DNA from: Oscillospiraceae bacterium
GTDB lineage: Bacteria; Bacillota; Clostridia; Oscillospirales; UBA929
NCBI GenBank assembly: GCA_031254575.1
Contig: JAIRUE010000069.1
Coordinates: 2,330-66,329, forward strand
Direction: 5' to 3'
Length of the DNA stretch: 64,000 nucleotides
How positions within the stretch are numbered: the first letter of the stretch is position 1; each line of letters opens with the position of its first letter. The notes under the pieces are model-generated. The model ran no database searches. It saw only the letters and a list, made by a program, of their open reading frames with translations, and was not told the DNA's origin. Below are positions 19,033 through 28,428 of this stretch, one piece after another. A program made the translations under genes and the position numbers.

Positions 19033-19061
19033 AGTATAGCACAGGACCGGGCCGTTTGCAA
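19033..19061 (-). promoter_or_regulatory. promoter TTGCAA-N17-TATACT driving riboswitch copy B
   Basis: -35 at 19061-19056 and -10 at 19038-19033. The predicted TSS falls at the 5' base of P1. Confidence 0.55.
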
Positions 19062-19155
19062 GCAAAAAAACCCCTATTTTTTCGGCCGCGGGCGGCGTTT
19101 GACACACAGGCAGGATGTATATTATACTGACATACAGACAGGAAGGGGAAATACG

Positions 19156-19782
19156 ATGGAAAAAGAGCAATATTTCAGCCAAGGCATGGAGCATCTTGAG
19201 GCCGGACGGCGCAAGGAAGCGGTCGTGTGTCTGGAAAGAGCCGCCGGAGATGAGTACGCGGAAGCGATGGTTCAACTGGGTCTGATTTATAACCGTTATG
19301 TTCCCGATTACAACGGCGTACCGCCGGATGATAAAACGGCCGCGTGTTGGTTTATGAGAGCCGCGTACCTCGACCACATTGAGGGGATGTTTCGGACGGG
19401 GTTTGTGTATAGCCACGGATTATTCGGTTTCGGGATACCGACAGCGCGGCAGGCCATGTACTGGTTCAAAAGAGCCGCGAAACTCGGACACGTCGAGGCG
19501 ATGTATGAAATCGGCCAAATGTATGACCACTGCCCCTACATTCGCGGCGGAAACAGGCGGAATAAGCGTAAGGCGATAAAATGGTTTGAAAAAGCCGCCC
19601 GCAGGGGGAACCGCCCGGCGATGGTGAGCCTTTATAATTACCTGTACGACCGTATAAAGCCAAACAAGCGCAAAGCCGCGTATTGGCGCGAACAAGCCGA
19701 AAAGATACCGTGTGACGAAATCGTGCAGGAGGATTATCCGTATGACAGCTTAAATCCGAAGCTGTTTACGCAGGAGGACTGA
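19156..19782 (+). CDS. Sel1-like repeat (SLR/TPR-like) protein, paralog 1
   Basis: Repeated A..W..KAA..G...A...LG..Y units (e.g. AMYWFKRAAKLGHVEAMYEIGQMY). GGAAGGGG RBS before ATG 19156. No signal peptide. Confidence 0.8.
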   Translation: MEKEQYFSQGMEHLEAGRRKEAVVCLERAAGDEYAEAMVQLGLIYNRYVPDYNGVPPDDKTAACWFMRAAYLDHIEGMFRTGFVYSHGLFGFGIPTARQAMYWFKRAAKLGHVEAMYEIGQMYDHCPYIRGGNRRNKRKAIKWFEKAARRGNRPAMVSLYNYLYDRIKPNKRKAAYWREQAEKIPCDEIVQEDYPYDSLNPKLFTQED

Positions 19783-19872
19783 TATGTCTTGTGGGTGAAA
19801 AGGAAGACGGAACGCTGGATAATTTCGGTCGCTATTACTCCCACTGACATACAAACAGGCAGGTGAAACGCG

Positions 19873-20466
19873 ATGGATTGTGAGGAATATCGTAGGCGGC
19901 GCATGGAGTTTCTTGAAACGAAACGCCGCGAGGAAGCGGAACACCGCGAGGAAGTGGCCAGACTGGAAAAAGCCGCCGAACAGGGCGATGCAGACGCGAT
20001 GGTTCAACTGGGTCTGGCGTATAACCACTATGTACGGTACAGCGGCATACCGCCGGATAATAAAACAGCCGCGTATTGGTTTATGAAAGCCGCGTATCTC
20101 GGCCATCTCGAAGGGATGTTTCATACGGGGCTTGTGTATAGCCACGGGTTATTCGGTTACGGGGAGCCGACGGCGCGGCAGGGTTTGTACTGGCTTAAAA
20201 GAGCCGCGAAGCTCGGACACGTCGAGGCGATGTATGAAATCGGACAACTGTATGCCAACTGTCCCTATATTCGCGGCAACACGCGGAATAAGCGCAAGGC
20301 GATAAAATGGTATGAAAAAGCCGCCCGCAGGGGGAAGCGTCTGGCGATGGTAAGCCTTTATCATCTGTACGACCGTGTAAAGCCAAACAAGCGCAAGGCC
20401 GCGTATTGGCGCGAACAGGCTGAAAAAACCCCACCTGGCGAATTCGACATCGTGATTTCAGATTAG
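19873..20466 (+). CDS. Sel1-like repeat protein, paralog 2
   Basis: Highly similar to paralog 1 over the SLR core and C-terminus (..KPNKRKAAYWREQAEK..). Its 5' UTR is also similar. Confidence 0.8.
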   Translation: MDCEEYRRRRMEFLETKRREEAEHREEVARLEKAAEQGDADAMVQLGLAYNHYVRYSGIPPDNKTAAYWFMKAAYLGHLEGMFHTGLVYSHGLFGYGEPTARQGLYWLKRAAKLGHVEAMYEIGQLYANCPYIRGNTRNKRKAIKWYEKAARRGKRLAMVSLYHLYDRVKPNKRKAAYWREQAEKTPPGEFDIVISD

Positions 20467-20515
20467 CCAAACGATAGTCTCATGCTGTTAATCGATGAAA
20501 ACGGAGGTATTGGCA

Positions 20516-21169
20516 ATGGAAATTGAATATGGGTACACCCCGCAGGAACTTGAGGGCGCTATAACCGGATTGATTGAGAAGTATAAGATAACACAAGAGA
20601 TTTCGCCATATAGGCTGTATTTTACAGCCTTAACAGACAATGAGTATGCCGAAAAAGAGAATGCCGAGGATACGAAGGAAAAGGCTCTGACGCTCGTGAA
20701 AGAGTTGGGGGCGGCAAAGCTGTTTGGGATGGGGCTGTTATATTATACCGGCAATGGCGCGCAAAGCGTGGAACAGGACAGAAAAAAAGCCGTCGCCTAT
20801 TTTGCCGTAGCGGCGGAACACGGACACGTGGAGGCAATGTTTAACACTGCCTTTTGCTTTATGAACGGCGACGGGCTGGCACAAAACCGCAAAGAAGCGC
20901 TGTACTGGTTTATCAAAGCGGCGCAAAATGGAAACGACAGATCCATTTACTTTTTAGCGGACTTTCACATGGCGGGGTACGGAGTTATTGAAACGAACGC
21001 CGCTGAAGCCGCGAAATACTACGGAACGTCAGCTAATATGGGGCATCCCGCGTCGTTTTATAATCTGGGAGCGCTGCTTTATAACGGCATTGGTATTGCG
21101 AAAGATGAATATGCGGGACTGAAGTTGATTGAAAAAGCGGCGGAATTAGGATTTACGCCAAATCAATGA
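20516..21169 (+). CDS. Sel1-like repeat protein, divergent paralog 3
   Basis: AVAYFAVAAEHGHVEAMFNTAFCF, ALYWFIKAAQNGN, AAKYYGTSANMGHPASFYNLGALLY. GGAGG RBS before ATG 20516. Confidence 0.75.
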   Translation: MEIEYGYTPQELEGAITGLIEKYKITQEISPYRLYFTALTDNEYAEKENAEDTKEKALTLVKELGAAKLFGMGLLYYTGNGAQSVEQDRKKAVAYFAVAAEHGHVEAMFNTAFCFMNGDGLAQNRKEALYWFIKAAQNGNDRSIYFLADFHMAGYGVIETNAAEAAKYYGTSANMGHPASFYNLGALLYNGIGIAKDEYAGLKLIEKAAELGFTPNQ

Positions 21170-21382
21170 AGATGCGCTGCTCAAACACCCAGAAGCCGCA
21201 ATCAGCGAACCGTGCTTTTATCATGACAGAGGTTATTGTTGTATCGGCATTTCCCCGGCCTTTCTCGACTCGGAAGAACTTTGGGCCGGGCCGGAGAGCT
21301 ACGCGTGGTATCCCTGCCCGTGCGGAGGTGACCCCCGTTCGGAGGACTGCCCCAACCACGGCAGACTGAGGGAGGAACCAAC

Positions 21383-21436
21383 ATGAAACTCTACACACCG
21401 CTGATTATTAAGGCGATGAACACCGCCTATAAATGA
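21383..21436 (+). pseudogene. 17-codon remnant resembling the N-terminus of an HD-domain ((p)ppGpp-hydrolase-like) protein
   Basis: Strong GAGGGAGG RBS, then MKLYTPLIIKAMNTAYK-stop. The downstream DNA is AT-rich and non-coding. Confidence 0.3.
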
Positions 21437-21695
21437 AGAAAAATACTGGGCATTTTAGATGATCGCATAAAACAAATAAATATATCTCTTGTAACGTGCA
21501 ATAACCGATAAGCAGAAATTTATTAGGGTAGAGGGCTTATTTCTGCTGTCCGTTTCATTGACGCGCCGGGCGATCTGATTGTTATGATCCGTGGCGTCGG
21601 AGAGCAGGCGCACCAACTGTCCCATAAACAAACCCCTGTAGGGCTTGTTTATGGGACAGTTTATTCTCTGTGTGAAAGCGTTTTTGCAGTTTTGC

Positions 21696-22154
<459 letters not shown>

Positions 22155-22321
22155 CTATTTTGTCTCAGTAAAAACTGGTCCCGCGCGTCTGATACCGTAC
22201 TGTATCACGTCTCCGCGACGGAATCAAGCCTCATTTCCCGGGGGAATGGACAAGCGCGCTGACTGCGGGAAGTCCAAAACGAAATAAGACCCTCAAGGCT
22301 GAAACCGCGGGCGTTTCAGTA

Positions 22322-22950
22322 TTATACGTCGTTAAGAATAGAATTATAGCGGCTGATCACGTCGTCTAATTTCCCGGAAAAATCATCAGGCGAACCCGAG
22401 CCGGTTATACCGGCCGGTTTGCCGTCACGAATCTTTTCATACAAATCCGCGCCGCACTTTTTCAACTTTTCAATATCGCCGCTCAGCATATTTTTTGTAA
22501 AGTGATGTTCGGCAAAATCCGACTCGTTAGCCACCAGCTCAGGGTCGTTCATGCTGTCAAACCAATTGTTCACCGACTCCGAAAAAGCATCATAATAAGG
22601 CTTAACCTCATTTATATCCGCAGTATGAAAACGTCATCTATATAGTTCTTTAAGTCATAATATGTATTCATTTCATTGATAAGGGAAATCATATCAAGCA
22701 TTTTCGGGGCTAGATTTTTTACGGCGGAGTCCAGTGCCGGCATAGCCGGCTCTTCACCGGCGAAGGACAAGGCCGCCTCGATAATGTCTACATCATACTG
22801 CGAAATCTCGTACAGATAGCCGTCATGTTTGCCGAATTGCAACTCTTCCTCAAGCCCGTAATAATTTTCATACCGCTCCAAGGAACTGGAGAAGCGGCCG
22901 TTGATGGCATTTGCCAGTGCAATATAGTCGTTATATTTTACTGTCTCCAT
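22322..22950 (-). pseudogene. DUF3829/YiiG-like protein interrupted by a frameshift near 22600
   Basis: ORFs 22950-22612 and 22573-22322 are collinear. The downstream frame stays open back to about 22615 (..RFHTADINEVKPYYDAFSESVNNWFD..), so one indel near a T-run joins them. The family call is tentative. Confidence 0.4.
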
Positions 22951-23024
22951 GCTGCGGAACAGTCAGCTTCCCCGCGTCTGTGTCGGCAGGAGATCCTTTT
23001 TCATTTTCATTGCCTTAAAAATAC

Positions 23025-23744
23025 TCAAATATGTTTATCTAACCATGTATCAAGAAACCTAAGCTGCCGCTCTGTGTGAAACCAATGCTCACTGCCTTCT
23101 AAAACGGTCAGGTCACAGTTAAAGCGTTTTGTAAAGCCCCTGACAACCTCATATTCGGTTATGGCGTCCCCGGAACCGTAGAGGATGGAGGTCGGCACAT
23201 TCCATTTGTCAATGGGGTGGTCTCTCACATAGCAATAATAATCCCAATAGAGCGTTTCCCCCATAAGGGCAGGGATCTCCTGTTTTTCTCTCAGATCATG
23301 CTCGCTGATATTGACCCCGGCCATCATGTTCCGTATCACGCGTTCCATATCGAGTACGGGAGAAAGAAAAACGCACTTTCTGAGCGGCAAGTCTTTATAC
23401 GCAAGCAAACTGAAATACGCGCCCAGACTGCTCCCGTACAGACAGACCGTATCCCATTTTGAGAAAACATAATCCCCTATAACTTTAAGGTCGTGTACGC
23501 CGTTCCACACCATGCAGGGATAGTTTTCGTCCCTGCGGTCTCCGTGTTCGGGCAGGTCAAAACTGATCGTCTGAAAACCCCTTTGAGCCGCTTTTTCAGC
23601 CAATCCGCGCGCTTCGTATTTATCTGACATTTTACTGTGGACGGCTAAGTATATGCGGTCGGATGCTTCTCCCCAAAGAATGGCGGGGATATTTTCAATG
23701 CGAAACACTTCTTTTTTCATTTTCCTGTGCCCCTTAATTTTCAT
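23025..23744 (-). CDS. alpha/beta hydrolase
   Basis: Nucleophile elbow YGSSLGA, a later Asp (GSGD) and His (SEHWF). The true start may be ATG 23720 (AAGGGG RBS). Confidence 0.75.
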   Translation of the reverse strand: MKIKGHRKMKKEVFRIENIPAILWGEASDRIYLAVHSKMSDKYEARGLAEKAAQRGFQTISFDLPEHGDRRDENYPCMVWNGVHDLKVIGDYVFSKWDTVCLYGSSLGAYFSLLAYKDLPLRKCVFLSPVLDMERVIRNMMAGVNISEHDLREKQEIPALMGETLYWDYYCYVRDHPIDKWNVPTSILYGSGDAITEYEVVRGFTKRFNCDLTVLEGSEHWFHTERQLRFLDTWLDKHI

Positions 23745-23749
23745 ACGGG

Positions 23750-24817
23750 TCAGCTCACAAATTCCGATACCATTTCTTTTTGCTCGAACAACACGCAGCC
23801 GCCCGTGTGCGCGGCGGTAAGAACGCCTTCCTCCCGCAGACGGGCAAACAGCGGCGATTTTAACGCTTCTCTCAACGATACGTTCCGAAGATTAACGTCC
23901 GAGTAAGGTGAAAAGGGGCATGGCTCGGCGCCGCCGGCCGCGCTTATGTGGAAAAAGCCCCGACCGGCCGCTAAACAGCCTCCCAATTCCGCTTCATCGC
24001 CGGGAAACGAAATGACGATCATCCCTTTTTGACGGGTCCGCGCTTCACGGACGCGGGCCGCCAGTTTGTCCCGGTCATCGCCGCCAAGCGCGAGCTCAGG
24101 CCGTTCCACCGGGACATACTCCACAAACAAGACGGCTTTACATCCCATTTTCTCAAGGCTGTCCATATAAACGCTGTCCGTCACCACGTCGAGGTTATCC
24201 GACGTCACTGTGACAGAAGCTCCAAAAAATAATCCGGATTGCCTCAGACGGCGCATCGTCTCCACAGTCTGTTTATATACGCCTTGGCCGCGTCTGGCGT
24301 CAGTGGCGGCCTCGCCGCCCTCAATGCTGACCATAGGAATAAGGCTGCGGTGAGAATCAAGCAGTCCCATCGCGCGGTCGCCGAGCAGGGTTCCGTTCGT
24401 AAACACCGGGAACAGAAGTTTTTTATGCCCGGCGGCGGCTTCCAGCACGTCATATCGAAGAAACGGCTCGCCGCCCGCCAGCAGAATGACCGAAACGCCC
24501 AGCGCCTCCGCGTCCGCAAAAACACGTTCCCACATGATAAGCGGCAGTTCCTGAGAATCATGGCAGACATGGCCGGCCCGCGCGTAGCAGCCGGCGCAGC
24601 GCAGATTGCAGCTGCCCGTGATGCTGGCAATCAAAATGGGAGGGATATGTTCGCCGGCCTGCTCAAACGCGTGCCGGCGCCGGGCGGCCTTTCGGGCGGC
24701 GGCCGCGGCCTGCAGCAAAAACGCGCTCTGCTTTGGATTCTTCGGCGTGATTCTCAGCGCGTCCCCGATAAGGCGTTGTATCCCATCGCTTAAAACCTGT
24801 TCCAGATGATTGTTCAT
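23750..24817 (-). CDS. radical SAM enzyme (355 aa), substrate unknown
   Basis: CNLRCAGCY CxxxCxxC motif, GGEPF SAM-binding motif, and extra C-terminal Cys residues (GGCLAA..EPCPFSP..TGGCVLF). Confidence 0.8.
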   Translation of the reverse strand: MNNHLEQVLSDGIQRLIGDALRITPKNPKQSAFLLQAAAAARKAARRRHAFEQAGEHIPPILIASITGSCNLRCAGCYARAGHVCHDSQELPLIMWERVFADAEALGVSVILLAGGEPFLRYDVLEAAAGHKKLLFPVFTNGTLLGDRAMGLLDSHRSLIPMVSIEGGEAATDARRGQGVYKQTVETMRRLRQSGLFFGASVTVTSDNLDVVTDSVYMDSLEKMGCKAVLFVEYVPVERPELALGGDDRDKLAARVREARTRQKGMIVISFPGDEAELGGCLAAGRGFFHISAAGGAEPCPFSPYSDVNLRNVSLREALKSPLFARLREEGVLTAAHTGGCVLFEQKEMVSEFVS

Positions 24818-24819
24818 TT

Positions 24820-25404
24820 TTATGACCTCCGATCGACGGCTGCCGTCAGGTTTTCTATCAGCGCGTCAATGAAACGGCCCCGCTGTTCAGAATTGCCCAG
24901 ATCAATCCCGCTGTACATATAAAACGCGGCGGTATTGAGGGCGGAAGCCTGTATCGGCTGTATGAGCTGCAGGGCAATGATCCTTAATTGCATATCGTCT
25001 TTCTGTCCTCCAAATATTTCTTTGAGTAACGGCACGATATATAAGGGCGCTTGCATACTCCCTTCGGTCATCTCCCGAAGCATCATGAAACGGATCAGCT
25101 TTTTGTCGTTTCCTGCTAAATCACACAGTTTTTTTAACATCTTCTTTAATTTGACAATTGGCTCCGTTCGGGAATACCCGTCACTTTCCATAAACTCAGA
25201 AATGGCCCGCGCCATGACGTCGCCTATCGCAATGCTCATCAAGTTGTCTTTACTCTTAAAGTGATAATTTACTAAACCCGTGCCGACCCCAGCCCTTTCC
25301 GCGATCTGCCGGACAGTGACCTTCTCAACGTCCTTAACCTCACTCATCAAGGATTGCGCCGCTTTGACCAATTTATGCCGCAAGTCCTGTTCATTGGAAA
25401 CCAT
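24820..25404 (-). CDS. TetR/AcrR-family transcriptional regulator
   Basis: N-terminal HTH VTVRQIAERAGVGTGLVNYHFKSKDNL. Confidence 0.85.
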   Translation of the reverse strand: MVSNEQDLRHKLVKAAQSLMSEVKDVEKVTVRQIAERAGVGTGLVNYHFKSKDNLMSIAIGDVMARAISEFMESDGYSRTEPIVKLKKMLKKLCDLAGNDKKLIRFMMLREMTEGSMQAPLYIVPLLKEIFGGQKDDMQLRIIALQLIQPIQASALNTAAFYMYSGIDLGNSEQRGRFIDALIENLTAAVDRRS

Positions 25405-25424
25405 CCCTTACTCCCTCACATTCT

Positions 25425-25457
25425 TATACTGAACAGATTTTGAACATGTTCAGTATA
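25425..25457. promoter_or_regulatory. perfect inverted repeat TATACTGAACA-N11-TGTTCAGTATA (candidate TetR operator)
   Basis: Located 21-53 nt upstream of the TetR start codon. Confidence 0.6.
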
Positions 25458-25804
25458 GCAGGATCACATTTCAATGTCAAGAGATTTTTTGCAAAATTTT
25501 TCGTTCACGGGCAAGACCGCCGCCGCCATCATAACCCCTCCCCAATAAAATGAGCCGGATTTGCCGTCCCAACAAAAAAACCGGCTGCCTGCCGAACACT
25601 ACGCGCAAGTCAAGCAATACTACAAATTGCGTGATGATGTGCGGAGCGTGGAGGTTTTGCGGCGCGAAGAAGATCACGCGGGACGAGCCGCAGAGGACGG
25701 AGCCGGAAAGAGCGCGGGACATTGCGCTGTAAACGGCGAAGCGGCGGGCGAAGAATCGCCCGCCGCTGTTGACGCCAAGTTAAAACTTGGTAAACGAATA
25801 AGGT

Positions 25805-25948
25805 TTATTTTTTATTCTGTTCAAGCCAGATATTCAATGCCTTATTCAGTTTGAGCAGAACAATAACGACTGACACAAGACAGCCAATGCCGACTATCGT
25901 AGCAATCACTGAAATCATGTGCGGCGCAATCAGTGGCGGCATTCTCAT
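25805..25948 (-). CDS. possible 47-aa single-TM peptide
   Basis: Not in the track. GAGGGG RBS, then MRMPPLIAPHMISVIATIVGIGCLVSVVIVLLKLNKALNIWLEQNKK, in an AT-rich spacer. Confidence 0.3.
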   Translation of the reverse strand: MRMPPLIAPHMISVIATIVGIGCLVSVVIVLLKLNKALNIWLEQNKK

Positions 25949-26079
25949 ATCCCCTCGTAAAATTTGATAATAAACTACAAAGCCGGATACCTCACCCCAA
26001 GTGACAAATACGGCTACCCGGCTTTGTATAGCTGTTAGAAAAACAAGAGTATATCTTTGGCCTTAAACAGTTTTGCGGT

Positions 26080-26931
26080 TTACGGTTTATACCTTGGCTC
26101 AACTTTATAAACAGCACCTGTTGAGGCGTCTAATTCGACGCAGTATTCATATTGCCCGAACGCCACATGGATATGGTACGTCAAAGCGCCTATATGCGGC
26201 TTGTAATCCAAATGGCAGTCAGTGACAATACCGCCGCCCGCGTTTTGAATGGCAATGGATTTTGCACTGTCCGCACTGACGGTGGCCGTCGCGTAGTTAG
26301 TCTGCGGACCCGTTTTTGTGATTTGATCCATGTGATAATCTATGACGCTTCCATCGTATGCGCTAACGTGAACGCAATACTTATAGTCGCCATTAACGAC
26401 AATAACTTTATATTCCATGCCGCCATGCGGCGGGTAATGTGTTTCGGTTCGGGCAACCGTCCCTCCGCCAACTCTGTCAAGCGCGGCGCTTTGGGCGGCT
26501 TCAGCGGTTATGTTCGCCTGCGTCTGCGGATAATTATATATACCTGGCGCGGCAGGTGCCGGCGGCATTACAGGAATTGTCGGCGTCACACTCACAGACG
26601 GCGCATAAGTCTGTGGCGTTGATGTTTGCGGTACGGATGTCTGCGGCGCGGAGTCCCGTGTGAAGTTCTCCACATGCCCTGTATATCCGTCTATGAATAC
26701 CACATAAAGATAGTTCCCGGCGGTTACTGTGACCTCATAACCGGCTGCGCCTTGGTTATACGTCAGCTTGGAACCTGTCATCTGTCCGCCGCCCGTCAAT
26801 TCAAGCGCGATGTCTATAGCTGCCTCGTCGCTGATAAAGTCATTCATGCTTATATTCGCGGCATAAGCTGTGAGCGGTATTGCCAGCATAATTGACATAG
26901 CGATTAACAGCGCGCTTATTTTTCGTTTCAT
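26080..26931 (-). CDS. secreted protein with three PepSY domains
   Basis: Signal peptide ..PLTAYA, three units of the form ..A..IAL...GGG.V....L......Y.V.V....YEY.VD..TG.V, and a Pro/Thr linker. Confidence 0.8.
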   Translation of the reverse strand: MKRKISALLIAMSIMLAIPLTAYAANISMNDFISDEAAIDIALELTGGGQMTGSKLTYNQGAAGYEVTVTAGNYLYVVFIDGYTGHVENFTRDSAPQTSVPQTSTPQTYAPSVSVTPTIPVMPPAPAAPGIYNYPQTQANITAEAAQSAALDRVGGGTVARTETHYPPHGGMEYKVIVVNGDYKYCVHVSAYDGSVIDYHMDQITKTGPQTNYATATVSADSAKSIAIQNAGGGIVTDCHLDYKPHIGALTYHIHVAFGQYEYCVELDASTGAVYKVEPRYKP

Positions 26932-27041
26932 ACATACAAACCTCCCTTTTAATTTTGTGGTCTTGAAAAACTCGGCTAATCCCGTTTCTCAACAATATAC
27001 CTCCTCCCCGTTACAAGGTTAGCGTCGCAGTTTACATCATC

Positions 27042-27070
27042 ATTCTACTATAGTCTTTTCTGCTTGTCAA
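27042..27070 (-). promoter_or_regulatory. promoter TTGACA-N17-TAGAAT of the PepSY gene containing the shared GAAAAGACTAWAGTAG motif
   Basis: -35 at 27070-27065 and -10 at 27047-27042. The motif at 27045-27062 matches 28847-28866 with one mismatch over 17 nt. Confidence 0.55.
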
Positions 27071-27099
27071 TAGGCTTTGAAAAATTTTCCGTGATGTCT

Positions 27100-28428
27100 T
27101 TATGGTTTATATCTCGGCTCATGCTTATGGATGGAACCCGTTTCGGCGATTATTTCCACACAGTGTTCCCACTGTCCGACCGCCACATGAACATGATAAA
27201 CCAAGAATTTTTCAAGCGGTCTGTTTTCTAATCTGCACTCGGTAACAACGCCGCCGCCCGCTGTTTCAATGGCTATCGCTTTGGCTTCATCAGCTTCTAT
27301 AATCCCTGCCGTATCGTATATATTCGCATCTACTGTCGCAACAGGAGGTTCGTATGCCGTAGTGAGCGCGAAAACGGAGCCGGAAAACACTGTCAATGCT
27401 ACAAATACAATGAAAACAGCATACGCCGGTTTTTTCATTTTCCTTGTAGTATCCAAAATGGCGTCTAACCGTCTTTTCGCGCCCCTTTTTCCTCCGTAAA
27501 AACAGGTAGACAGCATGGTACTTGCGGTACTCTTGCCGCCTATCATCTTCACCATTAACTCCGCGTAAAATTGTTTGTTTTGCTCACCAACGTCCCTCAA
27601 AACGGTTTCGTCACAGGATGCTTCCCCATCTGCCTGCATAAGAGCGTACATCCAGTAGACAACAGGATTAAACCAGTATATTGATACCGTGATAACCGAC
27701 AGCAATTTTATAAACAAATCATGGCGTTTGAAATGAACCAGTTCATGACGAAATATGAGTTCCAGTTCATCCGCTTCAAAATGCTTTTTCGGCAAGACCA
27801 CTATGGGGTATAAAAACCCCGTGAGCAGGGAGCTTGATGTAAACTCACATATTCTGAGTTCTATTTTTTTATTGCAAAGCCCTTTCTCATCCTGAATGGA
27901 GCGGAATACAGACAAGGTTGTTTCATCTGTTATCGGTTCACCCCACCGCCGTATCATACTGGTGAACCGAAAATACCGCCGGATATGATACGATAAAATC
28001 GCTATTGCAACAATGCCCCAAACAAGAATACAAACCATGAAAGGCGAAATGACCCAATCGTAAAACGTATCTTTTGTCGTATATGTGGTTGTGGATTCCC
28101 GCACGGAATCCGGTTGAAGCGGTAATTTATTCGGTAACGGCGGTTCGTTCGGTATTGGCAGTTCATTCGGCAACGGCGGTTTATTCGGTAAGGCTTCAAA
28201 AACGGTATGCTGCGCTTGCGGCTCAACAGAAAGCGGAACAGTAATAAAGCCGCCGTCAAATACTTGGCTCATGGGAATAAGAAGTCCTATGAGAAACACT
28301 ACCCAAACAGCATAACGCAGGCTTGCGCGAAATCTTTTTAAGAACAACGCGCTAAATGCTGAGAAGACAAGAATGATTACGCTCATAACAAAAGATTTCA
28401 GCAAAAAAGATAAGGTATACACCGTCAT
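27100..28428 (-). CDS. BlaR1/MecR1-type M56 membrane metalloprotease-sensor with a C-terminal PepSY domain
   Basis: 4+ TM segments, zinc motif FRHELVHFKRHD, a Pro-rich insert (PNELPIPNEPPLPNKLP), and a C-terminal PepSY unit ending HEPRYKP. Confidence 0.8.
   Translation of the reverse strand: MTVYTLSFLLKSFVMSVIILVFSAFSALFLKRFRASLRYAVWVVFLIGLLIPMSQVFDGGFITVPLSVEPQAQHTVFEALPNKPPLPNELPIPNEPPLPNKLPLQPDSVRESTTTYTTKDTFYDWVISPFMVCILVWGIVAIAILSYHIRRYFRFTSMIRRWGEPITDETTLSVFRSIQDEKGLCNKKIELRICEFTSSSLLTGFLYPIVVLPKKHFEADELELIFRHELVHFKRHDLFIKLLSVITVSIYWFNPVVYWMYALMQADGEASCDETVLRDVGEQNKQFYAELMVKMIGGKSTASTMLSTCFYGGKRGAKRRLDAILDTTRKMKKPAYAVFIVFVALTVFSGSVFALTTAYEPPVATVDANIYDTAGIIEADEAKAIAIETAGGGVVTECRLENRPLEKFLVYHVHVAVGQWEHCVEIIAETGSIHKHEPRYKP

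Noticed and set aside
21230-21382. Possible known riboswitch upstream of the HD-protein stub
   Set aside because: I compared it by eye with the ykkC/guanidine, ppGpp/PRPP, glycine, SAM, c-di-GMP, Mn2+ and NAD+ consensus features I remember, and none fits. It is kept only as an unexplained structured stretch.
25550-25854. Overlapping 60- and 97-aa + strand ORFs between the TetR gene and the PepSY locus
   Set aside because: They have no RBS and an odd composition. One frame (..LPAEHYAQVKQYYKLRDDVRSVEVLRRE..) faintly recalls small conjugative-element proteins, but I cannot support a family assignment. It is possibly a gene remnant.
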